A program made the position numbers and the translations under genes. 64,000 bases of DNA, taken from positions 190,366 to 254,365 of the IMG/VR virus record IMGVR_UViG_3300045988_176431. One strand, given 5' to 3'. This document shows, one piece after another, positions 32,838-43,039 of the stretch. Under the pieces are notes generated by a model. That model was given only the letters and a program-made list of their open reading frames with translations, was not told the origin of the DNA and ran no database searches. Positions within the stretch are counted from its first letter, which is position 1, and each line of letters starts with the position of its first letter. The DNA comes from a virus.

Positions 32838-32914
32838 TTTTTCGCTGTAATAAATTACATGAACTAAAACTTTAAATTAACGACAAAAAAATAAGAAAGG
32901 TGTGTACGAATATT

Positions 32915-34003
32915 ATGGAGTACTCAAACCCTTTTAGCATTTGTTTTAATATGCTAAAATTAAGATATTCTGTGTATGATGAAAGTATCACATCACTTAA
33001 TATATTAACACCGGAAGATAAAGTAAATGTTTTTATTAACTTAGAGACAGCGTGGAAATATTTAAGTATGGTTCGTGACTTAGAAAAGAAACTGGTATTA
33101 AATCGAGATTTTAAAACCTTTATGATTGCAGATATTATCAATATTGCTGCACATTATAAAGAATTTTTTAAGAATAATGGATTAGACACAAAGGTCTTTT
33201 TATATACAACAGATTTTGATTCTATGATTGGTGAATTTAAAGAGTCAAAATTTAATGAAGATTACCGGTCATATTATTTAAATAAATACAACACAAATCC
33301 AAAATTTGTGTTACTGACAGATGGATTAAAAGATAAAATATTACCAAAAGTAAAAACTCTTTGTGACTTTATTCCAGATGTCTATTTTATTCAATCAAAG
33401 AATATTGATGGTTCGCTGATTCCGATGATTGTTGGGAATCAATATCCAGATCGAAAAAATTTCATTATATCAGCAGACCGTTATGAGACACAGTACTTGT
33501 TCGAGAAGAATTATGTTCATCATTTATTTTTAAGAAATTATTCAGCAACTTCTCTATCATGTACAATGAAAGATTATCTAAAAGCAATCTTTAAATTACA
33601 AGAAATTAAACAAGAAGATCTATTCTTATATCAAAACCGGTCATTTTATCTTCTTTTACTTTCTTGTATTGGAGATCGTTATCGTGCTGCTGATGGTATT
33701 ACTGGAATTGGTTATAAGACATTAACTAAACTATTACAACAAAGTATAACAGCAAAAACGATTACAAGAGAAACCGAAAGTATTGATTTACTTTCTCAAT
33801 TATTTGACTCTACAATTGCAGAATATGTAACAGAAAACTTTAATTGTTTAGACTTAAAGAATTCTTATCAAATGTTGTTAGATGGAGATAAAAAAGAGAT
33901 CTTATCTCAAATTGTAGATCGAAGTGATTTAAATAGTCTTCTCTCATTAAATAAGTCATTATTTAAAAATAATGAACTTAGAATTGAGAGTTTATTAAAG
34001 TAG
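32915..34003 (+). CDS. divergent FEN / T4 RNase H-like 5'-3' exonuclease family protein
   Basis: ISADRYETQYLF (compare SxDKDxxQL) and GDRYRAADGITGIGYKTLTKLL (H3TH-like, compare GDxSDNIPGVxGIGxKTA). The start is moved to ATG 32915 (GAAAGG plus 14 nt). Confidence 0.4.
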   Translation: MEYSNPFSICFNMLKLRYSVYDESITSLNILTPEDKVNVFINLETAWKYLSMVRDLEKKLVLNRDFKTFMIADIINIAAHYKEFFKNNGLDTKVFLYTTDFDSMIGEFKESKFNEDYRSYYLNKYNTNPKFVLLTDGLKDKILPKVKTLCDFIPDVYFIQSKNIDGSLIPMIVGNQYPDRKNFIISADRYETQYLFEKNYVHHLFLRNYSATSLSCTMKDYLKAIFKLQEIKQEDLFLYQNRSFYLLLLSCIGDRYRAADGITGIGYKTLTKLLQQSITAKTITRETESIDLLSQLFDSTIAEYVTENFNCLDLKNSYQMLLDGDKKEILSQIVDRSDLNSLLSLNKSLFKNNELRIESLLK

Positions 34004-34079
34004 GTAGAAATTTTCTACCTACTTTTTCTTTTTTTCTGTTTGGACAATGAATTAATTAGTTATAGTGAGGTGAAAACAA

Positions 34080-35321
34080 ATGTCATTAATCAAAAGCACT
34101 GACAGTCTGATTTATTATAGTTATTCAGTAAAAGAAGTTTATTTATTATACGAAGATGAAACCGTACAAATTCCATCCGAACGATTGACTGCTTTTACTT
34201 GTTTAAATGATTTCATAAATAATTTATTTCCAATTGTAAAAATAAAGATTACAATTGATACAGGGACATATTATAAAATACTGGAAAATAAGGATACCAT
34301 AAAATTCAAAATACGATTACAAAAATTTTATCGTAAAAACACAAACCAAGAAATCGTTTCTTTAAATGATGATTTCATATCAAAAACATTCTCTCTTATC
34401 TTAGATGATATTGATATTGATTTGGAAAAAGAAAAGAGAGAGTTAACTTACAAAAATACAAAACAAGAGACTGATTTATTTGCAGCAAAGAATGATGTTG
34501 AATTCTTTTTATTTGACAGTCGATTGATGAAGTCGATGAAAAAGACAATTAATATGATTTTAAAAAATGGAACGGTATCAAATGTCATTTCTTATATTGC
34601 ATCAGAACTCAATATCAGTAATCTTTTAATGTCCAAGGCTGATAATATAAAAGAATATGACCAACTTATCATTCCACCAATGAAATTATCATCAGCTCTT
34701 GCTTATTTAGATACATTTTATGGGATTCATGAAAAAGGTAGTATTATTTATTTTGGAATTGATCGAGGTTATATTACAAAATTTGATGGTCCATGTACGG
34801 CTTATGAAAGAAATGAAAAGAAAGATATCACAATTATTGTACCAAAAGCATTGGAAACATCTGCTAATCATATTTGTGAATTAAAGAAACCAGATCAACC
34901 AACAAATAAATTTTTAATTTGTGATTATAATACAATAGAATTTCGTGATGAATCTGTATCTAAGAATTTACTATCTGGTAAAGAAGTAAGAATTATAAAT
35001 CTATATGATGGTACAATTGAAAACACTGTAGATGATGACGATAGTATTAAAGAGATTATAACAAATCGTGGTGAGAATACTTATTTTAAATCAATATATC
35101 AATCTCAAATGTTAAGTAATGAAACAGTAATAAATTTAACTTTACGAGATATTGACTTTTCAAATATTACACCAAATAAAAGATTTAAATTTGTATTCGA
35201 AGATACTGAGTTATCGAGGAAGTATAAGGGTGATTACATTTTAGTAAAATTTAATATGACTTTAATTCGTAATGGTAATGAATTACGTGGAGTTGCGGAT
35301 TGTACTTTTAGAAAATCATAA
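34080..35321 (+). CDS. hypothetical 413-aa protein
   Basis: ATG follows GTGAGGTGA. A hairpin at 34001-34021 precedes it. No motif recognised. Confidence 0.55.
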   Translation: MSLIKSTDSLIYYSYSVKEVYLLYEDETVQIPSERLTAFTCLNDFINNLFPIVKIKITIDTGTYYKILENKDTIKFKIRLQKFYRKNTNQEIVSLNDDFISKTFSLILDDIDIDLEKEKRELTYKNTKQETDLFAAKNDVEFFLFDSRLMKSMKKTINMILKNGTVSNVISYIASELNISNLLMSKADNIKEYDQLIIPPMKLSSALAYLDTFYGIHEKGSIIYFGIDRGYITKFDGPCTAYERNEKKDITIIVPKALETSANHICELKKPDQPTNKFLICDYNTIEFRDESVSKNLLSGKEVRIINLYDGTIENTVDDDDSIKEIITNRGENTYFKSIYQSQMLSNETVINLTLRDIDFSNITPNKRFKFVFEDTELSRKYKGDYILVKFNMTLIRNGNELRGVADCTFRKS

Positions 35322-35323
35322 AA

Positions 35324-35360
35324 ATTAGTGAGTACTAGAAAATATCTAGTACTCACTAAT
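35324..35360. terminator. bidirectional terminator
   Basis: attagtgagtactag/ctagtactcactaat 15-bp stem between convergent blocks. Confidence 0.8.
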
Positions 35361-35479
35361 TTATTTTTATAATTGAAATTCTTCATCACTATCAAGAAAA
35401 TCTTCAAAGTCCTTTGCACTTCTAGTTTTCAAAAATTTATCTTGTTTAGAAGTTTTTGGTTTATTCTTTTTTTGTTTGG

Positions 35480-38164
35480 CTAGGCACCCTCCGAATTATC
35501 TTGCTTTTGTTCATCTTGTTGTTTTTGTTGATTATTATCAGCTGGCTTATTCTTTGGAACAAGACTGTTTAATACTGTCATATAATCATTAGCACGATCT
35601 CTTGCAGCATTTGTACATGAACCAATCAAAGTTGTCATACAGGTAGAAATCTTTGTAATGTTCCCTTGCAAAGAACTTCCTTCTGGTGATTTATCTTGTT
35701 CAGAACCTGCTTGTTGCATTTTTTTACTAAACTGATCAATAGTAGAATTGACTTTATCTGTTGCTGCAGTAATATCTTTAGCAAAACCATTATAATATTT
35801 TTCGCAATACTCAATCATCTTTGGAATCTGTTGTCCAAGTTCACTATTTGCATAGGTTACTGCTTGTAATTTTTGATTTCCAATTTTAATACATTGAGTA
35901 AGTTTTTCACCAAGTGCTGCATCTTTATTATCCATCTGGACAGATGATAAACCAATACTATTGAAAATATCAGATTCAATTTTATTAGCATCCATTGCAA
36001 TTACTTTTTTCTTATCAAGACCATTCACTGTACCGATTACTTTATCCACAATTTGAATAGGGCTTTGTTCTTGATATGGTAAGATGTTAACACTTACGTT
36101 TACATAACTTCTCTTTAATAGAGCATCTTTATTAGCAGCAAGCCATTTCGTATTTGCTTTATTTGTATTAATCGCTTTACTAATTTTATCTTTAATCGTA
36201 TTAATAAAGGCTTTAATCTTTTCAATAATTTTTTGCATAAAACCTTGATCTACTGTATTTCCATCACCATTACCGTTTCCACTACCACCACTTTCAGCAC
36301 TGTTATCATTAACAGTAACTTTTGTTGCATTGTTTTGTTGATTACTTTGCTGTGATGTATTTGATGTTGGTTGTGATGAATTGTTATTTGTGGTATTTCC
36401 AGACTGTTGACCGTTATTTACAGTTGGTTGTGTACCATTTGTATTTTGGTCTGCCTCGAAATAAGATTTCATCTTCATATCTGCAAAATAGATGTCTCTC
36501 TGAAGTTCCTGATAAGCAGATTCAATCATATATTCATTACTAATTTTATTTAATTCAATAGCACATTCGTTAGTAACTGAAATGTAATCTGTATTATCAA
36601 TAGAAACAGGGTCCACTTTAATCTTTTCTTCTCTTACACCTAATTCTACTTCAATATTTTCATATCGATCCAGAATTGCTCGACCAAGTAATAATAAGAA
36701 GTCACGATAAGACTTATTCAAATCTTTTAATAATTCAATAGTCTCTTTGTTTCTCTCAATATTTTCATACTGATTATTTACATTATTTTCAATTGATGAT
36801 TTGATAGTGATAATTTCTTGATAAATACCTTTTGCAATTTTACCATATTTAATCAATTCTTCAGCACTTTCTTTCATCTCATTTAAAATGCTAGAATATA
36901 CATCTGCATCTTTTGCATCTTCATAAGAAGTATAATAACTAACATCTGAAATCTGATCTAATACTGAAGAAAAAGTATTCGTATAAGTCATACTTAAACC
37001 AGACTTCTCTTTAATTTCTTCTATTGGTACATCTGGATCATTTAATTCTTGTTTTAAAATGACAAGACCCTTATGAATCGTATTAAACATCATAAAAATC
37101 TGATGATATGGTTTCTCATCGTATGGGAAATTATCCTGATACAATTTCTCTCCAGTCTCAAATTCAAGATTCAAAATTTTATCATTAAAATAATTTTCAA
37201 TTCTTTCATTTACAGATGTTAAGAAATCAGAATTTCCATTGATTAAGTCATGAACAATATCTTCATCTCTAAAATCATTTACACCATCTAAAACAGATTC
37301 ATGCATAATACTTTCTCCATCTGGGAAGTATCTCATAAGAGTTTCTTTTAAACGAGCAAACTCTTGTAAGTTATATTTATATGATGAAACTTTTCGAATA
37401 AAACATCCAATCACATATTTGGTTGTAGTAACGAATACATTAATTAAAGATGTTAAAACAAAATCAACATATCTTGCTGTTTGAATAGTAAGTTTTTTCT
37501 CTATTCGTAATTTATTATAGGCTGTGATAGTAGCGTTAATATCTACAACACATTCTTCTACTGTATTAATTAATAAAGAACTTTCTTTACTAATATCTTT
37601 CAATGAAACATTTGCTGTACGAATAATAGGTAAGATTGTACCCGAAATAAAATTAGAATCTACTGTACAAACTTGACGATTATCAAGATTTACCAACTCA
37701 GAATCTTTCATATATTTCGGAAGTTTTGTAACTACAACTTGTTTTCTTAAATTACACACATATTCAGATGTTGTATATTTAAGAAATGCACCTTTTGATA
37801 ATTTTCCATTAATTGCTTGATTCATTAAATTTGGGATTTTATCTACAAATTGTTTTAAATAAGCAGGTTTAATATCCTGAATCTCATCTACATCTAAAAT
37901 TGGAATCGATGTAGGAACTGTACCAATTAATGGAGAGGTATAAATACTGGTATAAAAATCTTCCATATCAGTATTACATTTTATTATATCAGTCAATTCT
38001 GTTACTGAATTTGTAATAAATTGAAACGGAATTGCTTCTTTCATCAAAGAAGGATATCGAACAACTTCTGTTAATTGATTAATAGAAGCTTTTTCTACTG
38101 CTAAAATTTCTTTTGAGTAATCTGTCATATAATTATTAACAGACTCTAAAAATCCTAAAATCAT
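35480..38164 (-). CDS. large virion-like protein with a paralog-family module in its C-terminal third
   Basis: 894 aa. A low-complexity Q/N/S/G linker (..NGQQSGNTTNNNSSQPTSNTSQQSNQQ..AESGGSGNGNGDGN..) is followed by FMQKIIEKIKAFINTIKDKISKAINT. The start overlaps the upstream stop by 1 nt (TAATG). Confidence 0.6.
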   Translation of the reverse strand: MILGFLESVNNYMTDYSKEILAVEKASINQLTEVVRYPSLMKEAIPFQFITNSVTELTDIIKCNTDMEDFYTSIYTSPLIGTVPTSIPILDVDEIQDIKPAYLKQFVDKIPNLMNQAINGKLSKGAFLKYTTSEYVCNLRKQVVVTKLPKYMKDSELVNLDNRQVCTVDSNFISGTILPIIRTANVSLKDISKESSLLINTVEECVVDINATITAYNKLRIEKKLTIQTARYVDFVLTSLINVFVTTTKYVIGCFIRKVSSYKYNLQEFARLKETLMRYFPDGESIMHESVLDGVNDFRDEDIVHDLINGNSDFLTSVNERIENYFNDKILNLEFETGEKLYQDNFPYDEKPYHQIFMMFNTIHKGLVILKQELNDPDVPIEEIKEKSGLSMTYTNTFSSVLDQISDVSYYTSYEDAKDADVYSSILNEMKESAEELIKYGKIAKGIYQEIITIKSSIENNVNNQYENIERNKETIELLKDLNKSYRDFLLLLGRAILDRYENIEVELGVREEKIKVDPVSIDNTDYISVTNECAIELNKISNEYMIESAYQELQRDIYFADMKMKSYFEADQNTNGTQPTVNNGQQSGNTTNNNSSQPTSNTSQQSNQQNNATKVTVNDNSAESGGSGNGNGDGNTVDQGFMQKIIEKIKAFINTIKDKISKAINTNKANTKWLAANKDALLKRSYVNVSVNILPYQEQSPIQIVDKVIGTVNGLDKKKVIAMDANKIESDIFNSIGLSSVQMDNKDAALGEKLTQCIKIGNQKLQAVTYANSELGQQIPKMIEYCEKYYNGFAKDITAATDKVNSTIDQFSKKMQQAGSEQDKSPEGSSLQGNITKISTCMTTLIGSCTNAARDRANDYMTVLNSLVPKNKPADNNQQKQQDEQKQDNSEGA

Positions 38165-39102
38165 TAAATCTCAACTCCTTTAAATTGGTTCTTCATTTTA
38201 TTAGCAATACCAAACATTGTCATATTTCCTTTAATACGTTTTGTAATAACAGCATTTGTTACTTTTTCATATTGTGTTGTCAAAATAGTAAGAACCGATT
38301 CTCTATTTCGAATCTTCTTCATATTTTCTGGAGACAACTCTACTGATTCTTTTATTAAACTAGAATCCTTTGAAGCTTTCTTTAATTTATCTCCCATCTT
38401 TTTCGATGCTTCTTGCATTTGAGAAAGTTCATTATCTTTCTTTCCGTTCTTAGACATAAATTCTAATACATTTTTAAATGATATAGAAACTGTCTTATCA
38501 TCAGATCCAGATTCAATGAATGTTTTTTTAAATTTATTCATAGCAACTGCGGCAGTAGCAACTGCACCAACTTTAATAATTACATCAGCAGACTTATCAA
38601 GAGCCTTTCCAGCTTTAGCCATTCTAGCACGAGCACTCTTTGCATCCATTTTATCAATTTCATTCAATGTATTATCAATCTCACGATAGAAAGAAGACAA
38701 ATCCCTAAAGTTATTCAACTTAATTTTATCTTCTTTTACTGCTGCTCTCACTTGACTTGCAATATCTGGACGTTTCTTTTCTAATTGACGAAGAACTTTT
38801 TCTTCGTCTTTTAATGTCCACATATAATGAGTAAACTGTCCTATTTTCTCCTGAATAAATTTAATACAACGATCTACAATCTCAATTATTTTTTTACCAA
38901 TCGAGGTAATAGCATCTTTTACAGATTCTTCATATACATCAACGGATTCACTAAACATTGTCGCAGTAGATACTTTTTCACTTAAGTAATCTAACTCTGA
39001 CATATGATCCTGAAAAAAATCTTCTGATTCTTGATACATTTCTTCCATCTTTAATAAGATATTATCATTTTGAATGTAATTCACAGATATCATTCTTTTC
39101 AC
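38164..39102 (-). CDS. paralog-family protein
   Basis: Contains ..ATMFSES-VDVYEESVKDAITSIGKKIIEIVDRCIKFIQEKIGQF.. and the hydrophobic segment ADVIIKVGAVATAAVAMNKF. Confidence 0.6.
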   Translation of the reverse strand: MKRMISVNYIQNDNILLKMEEMYQESEDFFQDHMSELDYLSEKVSTATMFSESVDVYEESVKDAITSIGKKIIEIVDRCIKFIQEKIGQFTHYMWTLKDEEKVLRQLEKKRPDIASQVRAAVKEDKIKLNNFRDLSSFYREIDNTLNEIDKMDAKSARARMAKAGKALDKSADVIIKVGAVATAAVAMNKFKKTFIESGSDDKTVSISFKNVLEFMSKNGKKDNELSQMQEASKKMGDKLKKASKDSSLIKESVELSPENMKKIRNRESVLTILTTQYEKVTNAVITKRIKGNMTMFGIANKMKNQFKGVEI

Positions 39103-39149
39103 GTCCTTTCATATAATATACTTAAACAACTGTTTTTAACGGTAAAAAA

Positions 39150-39183
39150 TAAGATACATTCAGACAAAACTGAATGTATCTTA
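39150..39183 (-). terminator. internal terminator within the paralog array
   Basis: taagatacattcag/ctgaatgtatctta stem followed on the minus strand by T6. Confidence 0.7.
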
Positions 39184-39208
39184 TAAAGAAATCCAATAAT
39201 CTATTTTT

Positions 39209-40240
39209 TTAATCTTTAAGTTCTGCTTTATCATTTTTCTTTTTAAGTTTCTTTTCTTCTTTTTGCAGTCTACGTCTTTCTCTACGATCTGAGATAGAAT
39301 CTTTAACTGCTTGTTTTCCTGCATTTACAGCAGTACTTGTTGCAAATTTTTTCGTTGCATTGACAGCATCTACTGTATCAGATGAAATCGTTCCTTTTTT
39401 CTTACAATCTTTGTAAGCTTCAAAGAGAGCTTTTCTTGCATCTTTCATAAATGTAGTATCAGCATTTGCTTTCTTTTTTCTAGCACCACCAATTAAACGA
39501 ACTAATTTGCAGTCACTGCTTAATTTTGATACTTTTTTATATAGTTTCTTACGTTCAGCATCATTCAATGCTTTTTCAATACAATTAATCGTTTCAGAAT
39601 CAAAATCCATAAGATTTTTAATAGTCTGAGCAGATTCTTTTGATTGTTTACAAAGATTGATAACTTCTTTTACGGTTAAATTAATAACCCCTTTACCACC
39701 AATCTTAATAGCATCTCCACCGAATGTAAGTAATTTATTCTGAAATTCATTTAACATATTTGGAGACATTTCATCTTCACTCTTTGCATATTTTCTTGCT
39801 TCTTTCTCCATCTTAGTTAAAACTTTTTCATATTCAGCATTCATTTCACGCCAATTTGCTACTGTGATTTTTTTATTAGCGAATTCTGGATTCTTAGCAC
39901 ATTCTTCACTAAATTTTTCGAATTCGTTTTTTTCATCACCTTTTAGTGTAAAATAATCAATGAAGTCACCGATAATAGTTTTAATCTTACGAAATATTCC
40001 TTTAATGAAATCAATAGCTTTTCGAATGAGATTAAAACTTTTTGTTCCTTGCTCATTATTCTTTTTTTCTGTTTCTTCAGAACCCTCTACGAATACAGAT
40101 TCAAACAAAGAAACACTTTGAATAGAATTTGCAAGACTTTCCGCTTCATTTAAATATTGCATACATAAGTCCAAGGTTTTCACCTCCTTGTTTTTGTGAT
40201 TTCTTAAAGTTAGTCTGGTACTAAAATAAGTACCAGACAT
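39209..40240 (-). CDS. paralog-family protein
   Basis: Contains ..SVSLFES-VFVEGSEE..GTKSFNLIRKAIDFIKGIFRKIKTIIGDFIDYF.. and an R/K/E tail (RRERRRLQKEEKKLKKKNDK). Confidence 0.6.
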   Translation of the reverse strand: MSGTYFSTRLTLRNHKNKEVKTLDLCMQYLNEAESLANSIQSVSLFESVFVEGSEETEKKNNEQGTKSFNLIRKAIDFIKGIFRKIKTIIGDFIDYFTLKGDEKNEFEKFSEECAKNPEFANKKITVANWREMNAEYEKVLTKMEKEARKYAKSEDEMSPNMLNEFQNKLLTFGGDAIKIGGKGVINLTVKEVINLCKQSKESAQTIKNLMDFDSETINCIEKALNDAERKKLYKKVSKLSSDCKLVRLIGGARKKKANADTTFMKDARKALFEAYKDCKKKGTISSDTVDAVNATKKFATSTAVNAGKQAVKDSISDRRERRRLQKEEKKLKKKNDKAELKD

Positions 40241-40256
40241 ATTTATTATGCGTTAA

Positions 40257-41213
40257 TTAAAAAAGATCTTCTAATTCTGCTAAAAGAGCATCTGAATCAT
40301 ATCCATTCTCAAGAAATGAATCAACATCATCATTAATGTCTTCAGCGGATTCTTTAATAACATCAGCTTCAGTATCTCCTTTAATTTTAGCAACTTCTTT
40401 TTTCAATACAGAAATGCGGTTCATAATAGAATCAACTAATTCATTTGATTCATATTTACCAAGTTTTGTTCTAAAGTTTGCTGCAGCACTATAAGCACCA
40501 CGAATACTTGTTGCTGTTTCCGGATCATCAATCGATTTAACCAGATTTTCTACAGCCTGAGAAGTTTCGTTAGAAACTTTCTCAATTGCTTTTGGTAACT
40601 CAGATAATTCTTTATTAATCTCTTTTATAAGAACTCCAACAGCAACTGTTGTGAGTGCAACAGTTCCTGCAACAGATTTCTTATAATCTTCATCAAACTT
40701 ATCTCTCTTAGAAAGAATACCCTCAATATCAGACTGCTTAAATACACCACCCTTAATCTTTGCGATTGCTTTATCACAATCAGATTTATAAGAATTGATT
40801 ACTTTAAGTGGTTTCTTCTTATCGATTACCTGAACTTTCTTCTTTGCAATGAAAGGATTTAGTTTTACTTTTTTCTCAACTTTGTTAAGTGTTTCTTTCG
40901 TTGTTTTTGATACAACGATGCGAACAACCTTATCTTTCAAGTTAGAAATGAATTGTTTAAATGCTTCAATAATAGCAACAATTGCTTTTTTCAATTTAAC
41001 AATTGCTCCTTCTTCAGCCTGCTCATAAAGAGCAAATAAATCATCATCATTTCCAGATTCCTGCATAACTTTTAACTCTGCTTTCTTATTATTTAAAGAA
41101 AGCTCATTCATAGTAGATTCAAGATAGGCAGATACTTTCATATTTGCACTATCAAAAGAATCAGAAATGTCGATATAATCGCTCATTGCTTCTAAAAATG
41201 TCATTGTTTTCAA
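40257..41213 (-). CDS. paralog-family protein
   Basis: Contains ..SAYLES-T..ELKVMQES-GNDDD..GAIVKLKKAIVAIIEAFKQFISNLKDKV.. and the hydrophobic segment SVAGTVALTTVAVGVLIKEI. Confidence 0.6.
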   Translation of the reverse strand: MKTMTFLEAMSDYIDISDSFDSANMKVSAYLESTMNELSLNNKKAELKVMQESGNDDDLFALYEQAEEGAIVKLKKAIVAIIEAFKQFISNLKDKVVRIVVSKTTKETLNKVEKKVKLNPFIAKKKVQVIDKKKPLKVINSYKSDCDKAIAKIKGGVFKQSDIEGILSKRDKFDEDYKKSVAGTVALTTVAVGVLIKEINKELSELPKAIEKVSNETSQAVENLVKSIDDPETATSIRGAYSAAANFRTKLGKYESNELVDSIMNRISVLKKEVAKIKGDTEADVIKESAEDINDDVDSFLENGYDSDALLAELEDLF

Positions 41214-41229
41214 CTCCTTTTATATTTTA

Positions 41230-42207
41230 TTATAATGTGTTCAGAAGAGATACAATATCATCAAGATCATTGGTATCATCTGAACTTTCTGAAAACAAAC
41301 TATCTAAGTTGAAGATATCATCTTCAACAGACTCATTTGTTGGTTTTTCTTCTTTATTTTTATTCTTTTCTGGTTTTTCTTCTTTCTTTTCAGAATTATT
41401 ATCTTTATTTTCTTCATCAGAATTGTCCTCTGAATCAGATTTTCCAAAAGGAATTAAGCCCTTAATCCAATTAGCAATCTTACTGAAGAAAGATTTAATC
41501 TTTCCTAAGAAACTACTTGCATTTGGTGTTTCCTGACCATTTTTATCAGTGAGTTTATCTTTAATTCCTTTAAAGATATCTAATACTTTATCAACAGTAT
41601 TACTCTTGATGAGCTCACACCATTCGTTAACCCAATCTTTAATACCTTTGATATCGCCAGATTTTACTTTCTTAACATTATGAGCAGTAAGAGGAATAGC
41701 AGCACCAAGTGTAGCAACACCTAAAAGCTCTAAAAGAATCTTCCAAGCACCTTGCTTTTTAAATCCTTCCCAACCCTTACCAATCATATTTTTCAGTTGT
41801 TTCAATTTATTAAGGTTCTGTTCAGCATCTGCATCAACACCATAAACTTCACCTTTTGCTGCATCTGCATCCAATTTCTTCATCTGTTTAGAACCGAATA
41901 AGAATTCTTTTAATTTACTAAAGAATGTTTTAATCTGTTCCCAGATTCTTTTAATAAGACCATCTTTCTTCTCAGCAGTTTCATCTGCTGCTTCTTTATA
42001 ATAATCAGCAAGGTCATTCATACCTGCAGATTCCATCATACATTTTAACTCTGCTTCACGAAGATTTAACTCTTCCTGTTCCATTACGGTATTGTAAGCA
42101 AGAATTAATTTGTCAATTTTAAGACTCTCTTGCATAAGAGAAACCTCTGACTCTAATTCATTTTGATCAATAAAGTCATTATATAATACATTAGCCATTT
42201 TTTTCAA
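41230..42207 (-). CDS. paralog-family protein
   Basis: Contains ..VSLMQES-L..LKCMMES-AG..DGLIKRIWEQIKTFFSKLKEFLFG.., the hydrophobic segment ILLELLGVATLGAAIPLTAH, and an acidic S/D/E/N tail. Confidence 0.6.
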   Translation of the reverse strand: MKKMANVLYNDFIDQNELESEVSLMQESLKIDKLILAYNTVMEQEELNLREAELKCMMESAGMNDLADYYKEAADETAEKKDGLIKRIWEQIKTFFSKLKEFLFGSKQMKKLDADAAKGEVYGVDADAEQNLNKLKQLKNMIGKGWEGFKKQGAWKILLELLGVATLGAAIPLTAHNVKKVKSGDIKGIKDWVNEWCELIKSNTVDKVLDIFKGIKDKLTDKNGQETPNASSFLGKIKSFFSKIANWIKGLIPFGKSDSEDNSDEENKDNNSEKKEEKPEKNKNKEEKPTNESVEDDIFNLDSLFSESSDDTNDLDDIVSLLNTL

Positions 42208-42216
42208 CTCCTTTTA

Positions 42217-42966
42217 TTATTTCTTACGAAATGTATTCAATTTTTTCGTTACATCATTAAACATAACAGTCAATTTCTTACTTCTTTCAGAAGCCATTGC
42301 TGTCAGTTTATTTAACTCAGCCATAATTGGATGACCATCTTTTTTCAACTTATCATAAGTAATCTTGTCTTTTCTCTTTAATTCTTTTTCAATTCCTTTA
42401 CGAGCTTCATTGATATCATCAACTACTTTATCGTTTTTCAGAATTGATTTTTTAATCTTATTACCTACAATAACCGCTGCAGCAGTACTAAGAATAACTG
42501 GTGCAGTAGTCTTAAATGCTTTTTGACCTTTATCAGTCATACGTTTCATAACAACTGGGTCAATTCCCATAAGTTTTGCAAGTTTACTTACAATCTTATG
42601 AGATTCTGCAATCTCATGGTCAATATCATCACAGATTTTAGCATAATCTGCATCTAATCTAACTTTTGCAGTTTCTGAAGAAATATAATCTTCAGCTGTT
42701 AATTTATCACCCATATTCATACCAATTGACTTGAAGAAGGAGATAATAAAATCTTTAATTTTATTAATCATTTTTCCAATCTTCTCACAGATTTTTAATA
42801 AAATACCATCACCCTTATCTGAATCTTCAGACTCAAATAAAACTGATTCCTGATACATATTTAATCCATCTATGATATCGTTCTGACATTCATCAAGTTC
42901 AATTACATTTTCACGCATGAATATTTCAGTTCCTAAATCACTTGAATAGAGATTCTCTAAATACAT
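42217..42966 (-). CDS. paralog-family protein
   Basis: The start is moved to ATG 42966 (GAAAGGAGGA plus 9 nt). Contains ..LNMYQES-VLFES-EDSDKGDGILLKICEKIGKMINKIKDFIISFF.. and the hydrophobic segment TTAPVILSTAAAVIVGNKI. Confidence 0.6.
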   Translation of the reverse strand: MYLENLYSSDLGTEIFMRENVIELDECQNDIIDGLNMYQESVLFESEDSDKGDGILLKICEKIGKMINKIKDFIISFFKSIGMNMGDKLTAEDYISSETAKVRLDADYAKICDDIDHEIAESHKIVSKLAKLMGIDPVVMKRMTDKGQKAFKTTAPVILSTAAAVIVGNKIKKSILKNDKVVDDINEARKGIEKELKRKDKITYDKLKKDGHPIMAELNKLTAMASERSKKLTVMFNDVTKKLNTFRKK

Positions 42967-43039
42967 ACAAAAGTATCCTCCTTTCTTCAATGATTCAATT
43001 AACTAAATGTTTTTTATATTGAAATAAAGCTTATTTCAT

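Noticed and set aside
35367-35495. Startless -1-frame ORF (..KQKKNKPKTSKQDKFLKTRSAKDFEDFLDSDEEFQL) that bridges the stop of the 894-aa gene and the terminator. Considered as a programmed frameshift product.
   Set aside because: No slippery heptamer exists in the short window between the -1-frame TAA and the 0-frame TAG, and no start codon is present apart from a TTG that would give 21 aa. It is too short to distinguish from chance, but is worth a glance if ribosome profiling becomes available.
41144-41536. 130-aa Ser/Leu/Phe-rich plus-strand ORF. Similar antisense ORFs occur inside large minus-strand genes, for example 8161-8400, 18071-18373, 36322-36543 and 58556-59058.
   Set aside because: All are antisense shadows of K/E-rich coding sequence. 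They lack RBSs and give low-complexity products.
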